Shown: piece after piece, positions 30,780 through 39,943 of the stretch
How the letters are laid out: every line of letters starts with the position of its first letter
How positions within the stretch are numbered: the stretch's first letter is position 1
Source: Xanthobacteraceae bacterium
Lineage (GTDB): Bacteria > Pseudomonadota > Alphaproteobacteria > Rhizobiales > Xanthobacteraceae
DNA length: 64,000 bases
Assembly: GCA_039808405.1 (NCBI GenBank)
Contig: JBDHSY010000001.1
Coordinates: 2,061-66,060 of the forward strand
Reading direction: 5' to 3'
Position numbers and translations under genes: made by a program
The notes under the pieces: generated by a model
Database searches by the model: none
Seen by the model: the letters and a program-made list of their open reading frames with translations, nothing else
What the model was told of the DNA's origin: nothing

Positions 30780-32936
30780 ATGGCAAAAGCTGCCCCAAAA
30801 ATCGTCCTCAGCAGCGCGCGGGATATCCCGCTCGATCTGATCGACCTGTCCCAGTCCAATGTCCGGCGCGTGAAGGCCGGCGTCTCGATCGAGGCGCTTG
30901 CCGATGACATCGCCCGGCGTGGTCTTCTGCAAAGCCTCAACGTCCGTCCGACGCTCGACGACGAGGGCCAGGAGACCGGCCGCTTCCATCTGCCTGCCGG
31001 CGGCCGGCGCTTTCGCGCGCTGGAACTGCTGGTCAAGCGCAAGCGGCTGGCGAAGAACGCCCCGGTGCCCTGCATCGTCAAGGATGCGAACGATCCCATC
31101 TCGGCCGAGGAAGACTCGCTTGCCGAGAACACGCACCGCGAGCAGTTGCATCCGCTCGATCAGTTCCGTTCCATGAAGCGCCTTGTCGACCAGGGCGACG
31201 ATATCGAGGCGATCGCCGCCACCTTCATGACCACGCCCGCCGTGGTGCGCCAGCGCCTGAAGCTGGCATCGGTGTCGCCCGCGCTGCACGAGATCTATGC
31301 CGAAGATGGCATGACGCTCGATCAGCTCATGGCCTTCTCGGTCAGCGAAGACCATGCCCGCCAGGAACAGGTGTGGGAGCTGCTTGCCCATAGCTGGAAC
31401 AAGGAGCCGTCATTCATCCGGTCGCGCCTCACAGAGAATACGGTGCGCGCGTCGGACAAGCGGGTGCTGTTCATCGGCATCGACGCCTATGCCGAGACGG
31501 GCGGGTGCGTGCTGCGCGACCTGTTCGAGGCCGATGACGGCGGGTGGCTCCAGGATCCCGCGCTTCTCGACACGCTGGTCGCGGCGAAGCTCCAGGCCGA
31601 GGCCGAACGGATCGGCAGTGAAGGCTGGAAGTGGGTCACGGCCGCCGTCGACCTGCCCTATGGTCATCTCAACAGCCTGCGCGAGATCGACAGCGATCCG
31701 GCGGCGCTCACCGATGTGGAATCGGCGCGCGCCGAGGCGTTGACCGCCGAGGGCAATGCCATCGAGGCGGACTATGAGGATACCGAGGAACTGCCGGAGG
31801 ACGTGGCGGCGCGGATCGAAGCGATCGATGAGGAACTGGCCGGCCTGATCGAACGGCCGAGGACCTATGATCCGAAGGAAATAGGCATCGCCGGCGCTTT
31901 CGTCAGCCTCGACACCGACGGGTCGCTCTTTGTCGAACGCGGCTGGGTCCGCGCCGAGGACGAGCCGCAGGTCGAGATCGAGCCGGGCGACGATGAGTCT
32001 GGGGGCGATCAGTCCGCCGACCCGATTGGCTCGCAGCAGCCGGCTGCCCGGTCCGCCGTCGTCACGGTCGGCGGGGCTGTTGTGGACGAACCGGATGATG
32101 ATGACGAGCAGATCATCAAGCCGCTGCCCGATCGTCTGGTCTCCGAACTGACCGCGCATCGCACGCTCGCCTTGCAGGATGCGTTCGCCGCCAGTCCGTC
32201 GACGGCGTTCGCCGCCGTGCTGCACACGATGGTGCTGTCCAGCTTCTATCATGGGCGCACCGAATCCTGTGTCGGTATCTCGGTCACGCGCACCAGCTTT
32301 CCGAACCAGGCGCCGGGCATGAAGGACAGCCCATCGGCAAGGTCGATTGCCGCACGCCATGAGTCCTGGGAGAAGCGGCTGCCCGATTCCGACAAGGACC
32401 TGTGGGACGCGCTGATGCTGCTCGACGGCGGCGATCAGGCGGCGCTGTTCGCGCACTGCGCCGCGTTCGGGGTCAACGCGCTGTGGGAGGCGACCAGTCG
32501 CTATGACGGCCGCGTCTCGGCACATGGCGTCGAGCGGCGGCTCGCGCACAGTCATGTGCTGGCGCGCGCGGTCGGTCTCGACATGGTGGCGGCAGGCTGG
32601 AAGCCGACGGTCGAGAATTATCTCGGCCGGGTCGCCAAGCCGCGCATTCTGATGGCGGTCGCCGAAGCTAGGGATGACCATACGGCCGGTCTGATCGACC
32701 ATCTCAAGAAGGGCGACATGGCCCGCGAAGCCGAGCGGCTGCTGGCCGAGGCGGACTGGTTGCCCGAACCGCTTCGCACGCCGGCGATCGAAGATGCGTT
32801 TGATCCGGCGGCGGTCGATCAGGGCGAGATCGCCGACGCCGATGTCGAGACGCTGCCCGCGTTCCTCGGCGGAGACGATGATCAACCGGCTGACGAGGAC
32901 GACCTGTCCGAAGGCTATGCGATCGCGGCCGAATAG
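30780..32936 (+). CDS. ParB/Srx-like N-terminal nuclease-domain protein (718 aa) with acidic C-terminal tracts
   Basis: Internal ATG 30780 (GGAG upstream) gives MAKAAPKIVLSSARDIPLDLIDLSQSNVRR...AGGRRFRALELL (ParB box). It has acidic runs (EPDDDDEQ, GGDDDQPADEDD). Confidence 0.8.
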   Translation: MAKAAPKIVLSSARDIPLDLIDLSQSNVRRVKAGVSIEALADDIARRGLLQSLNVRPTLDDEGQETGRFHLPAGGRRFRALELLVKRKRLAKNAPVPCIVKDANDPISAEEDSLAENTHREQLHPLDQFRSMKRLVDQGDDIEAIAATFMTTPAVVRQRLKLASVSPALHEIYAEDGMTLDQLMAFSVSEDHARQEQVWELLAHSWNKEPSFIRSRLTENTVRASDKRVLFIGIDAYAETGGCVLRDLFEADDGGWLQDPALLDTLVAAKLQAEAERIGSEGWKWVTAAVDLPYGHLNSLREIDSDPAALTDVESARAEALTAEGNAIEADYEDTEELPEDVAARIEAIDEELAGLIERPRTYDPKEIGIAGAFVSLDTDGSLFVERGWVRAEDEPQVEIEPGDDESGGDQSADPIGSQQPAARSAVVTVGGAVVDEPDDDDEQIIKPLPDRLVSELTAHRTLALQDAFAASPSTAFAAVLHTMVLSSFYHGRTESCVGISVTRTSFPNQAPGMKDSPSARSIAARHESWEKRLPDSDKDLWDALMLLDGGDQAALFAHCAAFGVNALWEATSRYDGRVSAHGVERRLAHSHVLARAVGLDMVAAGWKPTVENYLGRVAKPRILMAVAEARDDHTAGLIDHLKKGDMAREAERLLAEADWLPEPLRTPAIEDAFDPAAVDQGEIADADVETLPAFLGGDDDQPADEDDLSEGYAIAAE

Positions 32937-32996
32937 CCGCCCACTCAGGCGGGTCGGCTCAGGTCGCTCCGCCACCCTTTCCAACACCCATCACCG

Positions 32997-33030
32997 AAAG
33001 CCCGGCCATTGCGCCGGGTTTTTGCGTTTT
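32997..33030 (+). terminator. Rho-independent terminator after the parB-like gene
   Basis: AAAGCCCGGC-cattgc-GCCGGGTTTTTGCGTTTTT. Confidence 0.65.
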
Positions 33031-33046
33031 TACGGAGATACGGAAA

Positions 33047-33517
33047 ATGTCCGATGAAACCCCAAAGCCGGTCATCGACCTCGACGCTGTTTTTGCCGAA
33101 TGGAACGCCCATGAAGCGCGCCGGTCGGAACTGCATCCGGCGAACAAGGCCAGCCTGTTCGCAGCCCTTGGCGACGCAGGCATCACCCGCGTCGTCCTGA
33201 CATTCAACGGGGGTGGCGACTCCGGTCAGACCGAGAAGATCGAAGCCTTTGCAGGCGGCGATGCTCGCGACCTGCCGGACGCGACAATCGACCTGCGCGA
33301 TCTCCTGTTCCGGGAGAGCGAACCCAGATCACTCAGCCAGCCGCTTGCCGAAGCGATCGAGACGCTGGCCTATGCCTGCCTCGAAAGTCGGCATTGCGGC
33401 TGGGAGAATAATGAAGGCGGTTACGGCGAGTTCGTGTTCGACGTCGCGAAGGGCACGATCGCGCTCGACTATAATGAGCGGGTCGAGACCTCCGAAAACT
33501 ACACCCATGAGTTTTGA
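33047..33517 (+). CDS. Conserved hypothetical protein (156 aa)
   Basis: Clean ORF with GGAGA upstream and GGGDSGQ and GWENNEGGYGEF motifs. I recall similar proteins in alphaproteobacterial conjugative elements, but no function. Confidence 0.65.
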   Translation: MSDETPKPVIDLDAVFAEWNAHEARRSELHPANKASLFAALGDAGITRVVLTFNGGGDSGQTEKIEAFAGGDARDLPDATIDLRDLLFRESEPRSLSQPLAEAIETLAYACLESRHCGWENNEGGYGEFVFDVAKGTIALDYNERVETSENYTHEF

Positions 33518-33527
33518 GGAGGGCGCG

Positions 33528-33896
33528 ATGGGACATTGCTATCATCACGCCCTGTCGTCGGTGAAAAAATGGGGCGGCGCACCCGACGACTATCTGCCGC
33601 TGCACCAATGGTTCGACGAGCCGTCGAAGCTGATCATCGCCGACTTCCGCCATCGGGCGCTAAGACACCATGCCGAGGGTGTGTTCATGCTCGAACGCTT
33701 CTTCGGTACGACCATCACAATCTCGACGGGCCGGGACGTGCCGGTCCGCCTGATCGGCGAGCAGCATATCGTCGAGGATCTGGGGTTCATTCCCAGCTTC
33801 GCCGATTGGGTGCGCTGCATTCGCCCCGAGCCCTGGATGGGCCGCGCCCAGCCCATTCACAAGCTGGTCGATCCGTTCGCGGCGACCGCAGACTAA
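33528..33896 (+). CDS. Conserved hypothetical protein (122 aa)
   Basis: Internal ATG 33528 gives MGHCYHHALSSVKKWGGAPDDYLPLHQWFD..., 10 nt after the previous stop. Confidence 0.6.
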   Translation: MGHCYHHALSSVKKWGGAPDDYLPLHQWFDEPSKLIIADFRHRALRHHAEGVFMLERFFGTTITISTGRDVPVRLIGEQHIVEDLGFIPSFADWVRCIRPEPWMGRAQPIHKLVDPFAATAD

Positions 33897-33923
33897 GCGG
33901 CGCACATCTCTCAACAATCCTTA

Positions 33924-33950
33924 GAAAGCCGGCCATTGCGCCGGGCTTTC
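33924..33950 (+). terminator. Hairpin sharing the CCGGCCATTGCGCCGGG core with the 32997 terminator
   Basis: GAAAGCCGGC-cattgc-GCCGGGCTTTC with one bulge and a weak U-run. Confidence 0.4.
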
Positions 33951-33969
33951 GCGTATCTGGAGAAATTCC

Positions 33970-34470
33970 ATGACTTCACCATGTATTTTCGGCGCCAATG
34001 CGCTGAGCGACCTCATCCGCACCGCGCCGCTGGGCGCGCTCCTGCGCTATTCCGACGGCCAACCCCGACCTCCAGCCCGGTTCAACAAGAAGCTCGCCGC
34101 CTGGGAGCGCAGCAATGGCGTCGGACGTCTGATCAAGAAGACCCCGGCGGTCGTGCGGCCGAGCTATTCCCTGCCTGAGGGTTTCACGCTCCATCATGGC
34201 GATTTTGGCAGCGGCGGCGTCATTATGATGGTGGTGACGATGACCTGGCATGTCACCAGCCCGCTGCATTTCGAGATCATCGAACAGCCGGCAGATGGCA
34301 TGGTGCGCGTGCTCACCCAGGGGGAGGGTGTGGACGAACTGCGTCACCTCGCGCCCGACATGGCGGCGGCGCAAAGCTGGTTTGCCAGCCATCGCTATTC
34401 GAACGCCCGGTTCGAGGTGGTCGGCGACGAGGCGAACGCCATCCTGCCAGACCTCGGGAGGGCGGCATGA
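33970..34470 (+). CDS. Hypothetical protein (166 aa)
   Basis: ORF with GGAGA upstream. It overlaps the next gene by 4 nt. Confidence 0.55.
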   Translation: MTSPCIFGANALSDLIRTAPLGALLRYSDGQPRPPARFNKKLAAWERSNGVGRLIKKTPAVVRPSYSLPEGFTLHHGDFGSGGVIMMVVTMTWHVTSPLHFEIIEQPADGMVRVLTQGEGVDELRHLAPDMAAAQSWFASHRYSNARFEVVGDEANAILPDLGRAA

Positions 34471-35297
34471 ACGCGGATGATACTATCGCCGCCGTCTTTG
34501 GCCGTTCCGCCGATGGTCATCTCGCTGCACGGGTAGAGGATATCGGCTTCATCGCCATCCCGGTGAAAAACGGGTTCAGGGTGGCGACCGGCTGGCGCCT
34601 GACGCGGCCGATCGACCAATGGACCGCCAACGATGTTTATGGCGCGTCAGCCAGCGTCGCCGATGAAGCCGCCTTTCGTGCCCATGTCGAGGAGAATGCC
34701 GAGCATCGCCGCCAGCTTCGAATGCTTGGGCGTCGTGAGGATCGGCTGCGCATCTCCACGCCCTGGGGCATGGCGCAGTCGAGTGAGATCTATGCCGAGG
34801 GCGTCGTCTTCCATTCGACCGCCAGCCATGGCGGGATCAAGCTCGACCGGGCGCGCAATGCGGCGCTGCGCGCCGTGCTGCGCGTTTCGGGCGGGTGGTA
34901 TGAAGAAGATTGCGAATGGGCCAAGGTCGCCATCGGCTTTCCCGATCTGTTCACGGACTATGAGCGTCGCCACGCCGATCGCACGCTACGCGACTATTAT
35001 CCCGAATGCTGGGAGGCGGTGCATGGCCACGCTCTCGAACCAGGGGAATCCTTCGCCAATGATCGCCGGCTTTTCCGCGAAGCCTACGCCCATAGCTGGG
35101 TGGTGGTCTCGGCGATCACCTCGAAGGAGCGGTTGGGGTTCGTGGATTGCGTCGCGACCCTCGGCGGCGACCGTGCGGCATCGACCCGTCGGCGGTTTCT
35201 GGTGCCCGAACCTGAATATCGTGCGGGATCACATGGGTTCGTGATCGACGAACAGCGGCACCGGGCCTGGGATGGTCCCACAATCAGCGCCGCCTGA
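34467..35297 (+). CDS. Conserved hypothetical protein (276 aa)
   Basis: ORF translationally coupled to the previous gene, with the motif STPWGMAQS..GVVFHSTASHGGIKLD..GGWYEEDCEWA. Confidence 0.6.
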   Translation: MNADDTIAAVFGRSADGHLAARVEDIGFIAIPVKNGFRVATGWRLTRPIDQWTANDVYGASASVADEAAFRAHVEENAEHRRQLRMLGRREDRLRISTPWGMAQSSEIYAEGVVFHSTASHGGIKLDRARNAALRAVLRVSGGWYEEDCEWAKVAIGFPDLFTDYERRHADRTLRDYYPECWEAVHGHALEPGESFANDRRLFREAYAHSWVVVSAITSKERLGFVDCVATLGGDRAASTRRRFLVPEPEYRAGSHGFVIDEQRHRAWDGPTISAA

Positions 35298-35311
35298 ACC
35301 TGAGCCATCAG

Positions 35312-35350
35312 CCGGGCGATCCCGAGTGCGGGATCGCCCGGATTTTTGTG
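35312..35350 (+). terminator. Rho-independent terminator
   Basis: 13-bp stem CCGGGCGATCCCG-agtg-CGGGATCGCCCGG followed by ATTTTTGTG. Confidence 0.8.
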
Positions 35351-35486
35351 TCAAGCGGGCTTCGTCATCGTCGTGGCTCCGTGCAGGGCATCAGCGTGGA
35401 TACGCCAAGGCCGCTCGCGCGTCTGCGAGCCGCTGATCGAGTGTGCACAACGTCGCGCTGGCGACGCCAATAGCTAGCGGGGCTGG

Positions 35487-35590
35487 CGCCCCGGCCAGAG
35501 TGAGAGGCAGGCCGGAACGGAGCGAGCCGGTCGGATCGAGAGAGAGCGTCCGCTGGCTTACTCCAGTTCCGCTCTCCTCGGACATTTCCC
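35487..35590 (+). promoter_or_regulatory. GA-rich conserved leader element, copy B (upstream of the methylase-helicase gene)
   Basis: CGCCCCGGCCAGAGTGAGAGGCAGGCCGGA (compare copy A, CGCCCCGAGAGTGAGAGGATAGCCGGA), then CGAGAGAGAGCGTCC (compare copy C). ATG lies 94 nt after AGAGTGAG. Confidence 0.5.
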
Positions 35591-38500
35591 ATGACCCCAT
35601 CTGCATCCGCTGCCCGTTCGGCGGCGTCGTTTCCTGCCGCGTCCGGTTTCGCCGCAATCGGCCAGGCGATCCTCGCCGCCGCTAATCTCATCCTGCCCGA
35701 CCTCGAACGGGGCCGCGCCATCGACGCCCGTGCGCTGCGCGCCGCGATGGAGACCGCTTGTCGCGGCTCCGATGCGGACGGCGCCTGGGACTGGAAGACC
35801 GCCTATGACGCCTGCGAGGCGGCGCAGATTCTGTTTCTGCGTAAATACGGTTCTACGATTCTCCGTAAATCCGCGTCTCCGGCCGCTGCGCTGGCGTCGA
35901 TCGGGAAGATCGGCGCCTTGTTGCCGACCCATACGCGTCGATCCCAAACCTCCCAGGCCTTGCAGCAATTCTCGACGCCTGCCGGGCTCGGCGTCGTCGC
36001 GGCGATCGCCGCCGCCATCCGGCCCGGTGACGTGGTGCTGGAACCATCGGCCGGCACCGGGCTACTCGCCGTTCAGGCCGAGAGCCGGGGCGCGCGTCTG
36101 ATCCTCAATGAACTGGCCGAGACGCGCGCCGAGGTGCTGGCCAGGCTGTTTGGCGACTGCGCCGTCACCCGCCATGACGCCGCGCATATCCATGATCATC
36201 TCGACGCGAGCCTGGTTCCCACCGTAGTGCTGATGAACCCGCCATTCTCGGCGGTCGCCCATGTCGATCGCACCATGAAGGACGCGGCGCTGCGCCATAT
36301 CGGCTCGGCGCTGACGCGTCTGGCGCCGGGCGGTCGTCTGGTCGCGATCACCGGCGCAAGCTGCGCGCCCGACAATCCGGCCTGGACCGACGCCTTCGTG
36401 CTGCTTCAGGAGCGCGGTCGCGTCCTGTTCTCGGCGGCGATCGACGGCCGGGTCTATGCGAAGCACGGCACCACCATCGACACGCGCCTGACCGTGATCG
36501 ACCGCGTGCCCGCCGACGACCCCAGGATCTTCCCGGTCTCGCCGGGCGTCGCACCTGATACCGCCACGCTGCTGACCTGGGTGCTCGACCTCGTGCCGCC
36601 GCGCACACCTTCGCCCGATGCACCGCCGCCCGCCATGCCGATCGCCATGCCCCCGATCGCGGCAAAGCCCACGCGCTCACGTGTTGCGTCCATCCCGGTG
36701 TCGGCTCCGGTCAGCGCGCCCGATGCGGTGGAACTGGTCTATGAGACCATCGACTGGACACCGGCCGAAGCCGGCCAGCTGACCGAGGCGATCTACGAGC
36801 CCTATGCGCTCCAGTCGATTCATATCCCCGGCGCCCGACCGCACCCCACACCGCTGGTCCAGTCGGCCGCGATGGCTTCGGTTGCGCCGCCCAGACCGTC
36901 TTATCGTCCGATGCTGCCGTCCCGGCTGATCGCCGACGGCATATTGTCCGATGCCCAGCTCGAATCCGTCATTCTCGCGGGCGAAGCGCATGGCGGCCAT
37001 CTGGCGGGATCGTGGAGCGTCGATCCGACCTGGGATGTCGTCACCGCGTCACCGGACGATGCCGAAAACGCCGTGCGCTTCCGGCGTGGCTGGATGCTGG
37101 GTGACGGAACCGGCGCCGGCAAGGGCCGTCAGGTCGCGGGCATCATCCTCGACAACTGGCTCAAAGGCCGCCGCCGCGCGGTCTGGGTGAGCCGGTCGGA
37201 GACCCTGCATCAGGACGCGATGCGCGACTGGGAAGCGCTCGGGCAGGAACGGTTGCTGGTGACGCCGCTGTCCCGGTTCCGCCAGGGCACGCCGATCAGG
37301 CTCGATGCGGGCGTGTTGTTCACGACCTACGCGACGCTGCGTTCGCAGGAGCGCGGCGAGAAGGTCAGCCGCGTCCAGCAGATCATCGACTGGCTGGGGG
37401 CGGATTTCGACGGCGTGATCGTGTTCGACGAGGCACATGCCATGGCCAATGCGGCCGGCGGCAAAGGCGAGCGCGGAGATCAGACCCCTTCGCAACAGGG
37501 CCGTGCCGGGCTGCGGCTCCAGCACGCCTTGCCCGATGCGCGCATCGTCTATGTCTCAGCGACCGGCGCGACCACCGTGCAGAACCTCGCCTACGCCCAG
37601 CGCCTCGGCCTGTGGGGCGGTGAGGACTTTCCCTTCTCGACGCGCTCTGAGTTCATCGCCGCGATCGAGGATGGCGGGGTCGCGGCAATGGAGGTGCTGG
37701 CCCGCGACCTGAAGGCGCTCGGCCTCTATGCGGCCCGCTCGCTGTCGTTCGACGGCGTCGAATATGAGATGCTCGAACATCGGCTGACGCCCGGCCAGAT
37801 CGGCATCTACGACGCCTATGCCGGCGCCTTCCAGGTCATCCATAATAATCTCGACGCCGCGATGCAGGCCGCCAACATCACCGGCGAGACCGGCACGCTC
37901 AATGCCCAGGCCAAATCGGCGGCACGCAGTGCTTTCGAGTCGGCCAAGCAGCGTTTCTTCAACCATCTGATCACCGCGATGCAGACACCGTCGATGATCG
38001 CCAGCATCGCGCGCGATCTCGAAGCCGGGCACGCCGCCGTCGTCCAGATCGTCTCGACCGGCGAAGCCTTGCAGGAGCGCCGGCTCGCCGAGATCCCGAC
38101 CGAGGAATGGGGCGACGTGCGCGTGGATGTGACGCCGCGGGAATATGTACTGTCGTACCTCGAACACAGCTTCCCGGTGCAGCTCTATGAGCCGTTCACC
38201 GACAGTGAGGGCAATCTCTCCTCCCGGCCCGTCACCGACGAACACGGCAATCCGGTCCAATCCCGCGACGCCGTCGATCGTCGCAACCGACTGATCGAAC
38301 GCCTCGCGTCGCTGGCGCCAGTGCCCGCCGCGCTCGACCAGATCCTCCACCATTTCGGGACGGAGTTGGTCGCCGAGGTGACGGGCCGATCGCGACGGAT
38401 CGTGCGCAAGCGCGGTTCCGACGGCATCGACCGTTTCGTCGTCGAAAGCCGGCCCGGTTCGGCCAATGTCGGCGAGACCGACGCCTTCCAGGCCGATGCC

Positions 38501-39943
38501 AAGCGCGTGCTTGTCTTCTCGGACGCGGGCGGCACCGGCCGGAGCTACCATGCCGATATCGGCGCACGGAACCAGCGGCTGCGTGTCCACTATCTGCTGG
38601 AGGCTGGATGGAAAGCCGACAGCGCCATTCAGGGGTTCGGGCGGACCAACCGCACCAACCAGAAGCAGCCGCCGCTGTTCCGGCCGGTGACGACCGACGT
38701 GAAGGCGCAGAAGCGCTTCATCTCGACCATCGCCCGCCGCCTCGACACGCTGGGCGCGATCACGCGCGGCCAGCGCCAGACCGGCGGTCAGGGCCTGTTC
38801 CGGCCCGAGGATAATCTGGAATCCCACTATGCGCGCGATGCCCTGCGCCAGCTCTACCATCTACTTTACGGCGGCAAGATCGAGGGCTGTTCGCTCGGGG
38901 CTTTCGAGGCGGCGACGGGATTGTCGCTCAGCGACAGCAATGGCCTCAGGGACGAACTGCCGCCGATCACCACCTTCCTCAACCGGATGCTGGCGCTGAC
39001 CCTCGACCTCCAGAACATCCTGTTCACGGCGTTCGAGGATTTGCTGAGCGCCCGCATCGAAGGGGCGATCGCGTCGGGCACCTATGAGCTGGGACTGGAG
39101 ACGCTCCAGGCCGAGAGCTTCACCATCGTCGATCGCGCCACCATTTATACCCATCCCGGAACCACGGCGGAGACACGGTTGCTGACGATCGAACGCAAGG
39201 ACCGCAACCGGCCGCTGACGCTGAATAGCGCGCTCGCCCATCTCGGCGATGACGAGGCGGTCCTGCTGGTCAATGCGCAGTCGGGCCGGGCCGCCGTGCA
39301 GATCCCGACGCGCGGCCTGCTGCTCGACGACGGCAGCATCGAGCGCCGGGTGCGGCTTGTCCGGCCGATGGAATCGACGCCGATGCCGCTGGAAGCGATG
39401 GGCGAGACGCAGTGGCGCGTAGCGACCCGCGCCGCCTTCGCCCGTGCCTGGGAGGCGGAGCTGGCCGAGGTGCCGGCGTTCGCGACCAGCACGATGCACA
39501 TCGTCACCGGACTGCTGTTGCCGATCTGGAAACGGCTTCCCCAGGAATCCAGCCGCGTCTATCGGCTCCAGGCCGATGACGGCGAACGCATCGTCGGCCG
39601 CCGGGTCTCGCCCGCCTGGGTCGCGACGGCGACCGCCAACGACACTGGGCCGCATCTCGACCCGCAGGCGGCGTTCGCCGCGCTGATGGACGGGCGCACG
39701 ATCCTCGATCTGGCCGAAGGTCTCCAGCTTCGCCGCGCGCGCGTCATGGGGGTCAACCGCATCGAGCTGGCCGGGTTCACCGACGCCATGCGCGAGCGAT
39801 TAACCGCCTATGGTCTGTTTCATGAGATCATCTCGTGGAAACTGCGCATGTTCGTGCCTGTCGATGCGGGCGGCATCGCTGTGCTCGACCGGGTGATGAA
39901 ACGCTGGCCGATCCAGCGCGTCGGCGACCGGGCGGCGGCATGA
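35591..39943 (+). CDS. Large bifunctional N6-adenine/N4-cytosine-type SAM methyltransferase plus strawberry-notch/SNF2-like helicase (1450 aa)
   Basis: VVLEPSAGTGLLAV (SAM motif I), VVLMNPPFS (NPPF motif IV), GDGTGAGKGRQVAG (P-loop), VIVFDEAHAMAN (DEAH box). Confidence 0.85.
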   Translation: MTPSASAARSAASFPAASGFAAIGQAILAAANLILPDLERGRAIDARALRAAMETACRGSDADGAWDWKTAYDACEAAQILFLRKYGSTILRKSASPAAALASIGKIGALLPTHTRRSQTSQALQQFSTPAGLGVVAAIAAAIRPGDVVLEPSAGTGLLAVQAESRGARLILNELAETRAEVLARLFGDCAVTRHDAAHIHDHLDASLVPTVVLMNPPFSAVAHVDRTMKDAALRHIGSALTRLAPGGRLVAITGASCAPDNPAWTDAFVLLQERGRVLFSAAIDGRVYAKHGTTIDTRLTVIDRVPADDPRIFPVSPGVAPDTATLLTWVLDLVPPRTPSPDAPPPAMPIAMPPIAAKPTRSRVASIPVSAPVSAPDAVELVYETIDWTPAEAGQLTEAIYEPYALQSIHIPGARPHPTPLVQSAAMASVAPPRPSYRPMLPSRLIADGILSDAQLESVILAGEAHGGHLAGSWSVDPTWDVVTASPDDAENAVRFRRGWMLGDGTGAGKGRQVAGIILDNWLKGRRRAVWVSRSETLHQDAMRDWEALGQERLLVTPLSRFRQGTPIRLDAGVLFTTYATLRSQERGEKVSRVQQIIDWLGADFDGVIVFDEAHAMANAAGGKGERGDQTPSQQGRAGLRLQHALPDARIVYVSATGATTVQNLAYAQRLGLWGGEDFPFSTRSEFIAAIEDGGVAAMEVLARDLKALGLYAARSLSFDGVEYEMLEHRLTPGQIGIYDAYAGAFQVIHNNLDAAMQAANITGETGTLNAQAKSAARSAFESAKQRFFNHLITAMQTPSMIASIARDLEAGHAAVVQIVSTGEALQERRLAEIPTEEWGDVRVDVTPREYVLSYLEHSFPVQLYEPFTDSEGNLSSRPVTDEHGNPVQSRDAVDRRNRLIERLASLAPVPAALDQILHHFGTELVAEVTGRSRRIVRKRGSDGIDRFVVESRPGSANVGETDAFQADAKRVLVFSDAGGTGRSYHADIGARNQRLRVHYLLEAGWKADSAIQGFGRTNRTNQKQPPLFRPVTTDVKAQKRFISTIARRLDTLGAITRGQRQTGGQGLFRPEDNLESHYARDALRQLYHLLYGGKIEGCSLGAFEAATGLSLSDSNGLRDELPPITTFLNRMLALTLDLQNILFTAFEDLLSARIEGAIASGTYELGLETLQAESFTIVDRATIYTHPGTTAETRLLTIERKDRNRPLTLNSALAHLGDDEAVLLVNAQSGRAAVQIPTRGLLLDDGSIERRVRLVRPMESTPMPLEAMGETQWRVATRAAFARAWEAELAEVPAFATSTMHIVTGLLLPIWKRLPQESSRVYRLQADDGERIVGRRVSPAWVATATANDTGPHLDPQAAFAALMDGRTILDLAEGLQLRRARVMGVNRIELAGFTDAMRERLTAYGLFHEIISWKLRMFVPVDAGGIAVLDRVMKRWPIQRVGDRAAA

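Noticed and set aside
31410-32987. 525-aa minus-strand ORF opposite the parB-like gene
   Set aside because: It has no recognisable motif and an Arg/Gly/Asp-rich composition. It is fully antisense to a well-supported + strand gene.
37556-38860. 434-aa minus-strand ORF inside the methylase-helicase gene
   Set aside because: Shadow ORF, antisense to a region carrying helicase motifs. No start context or motifs.
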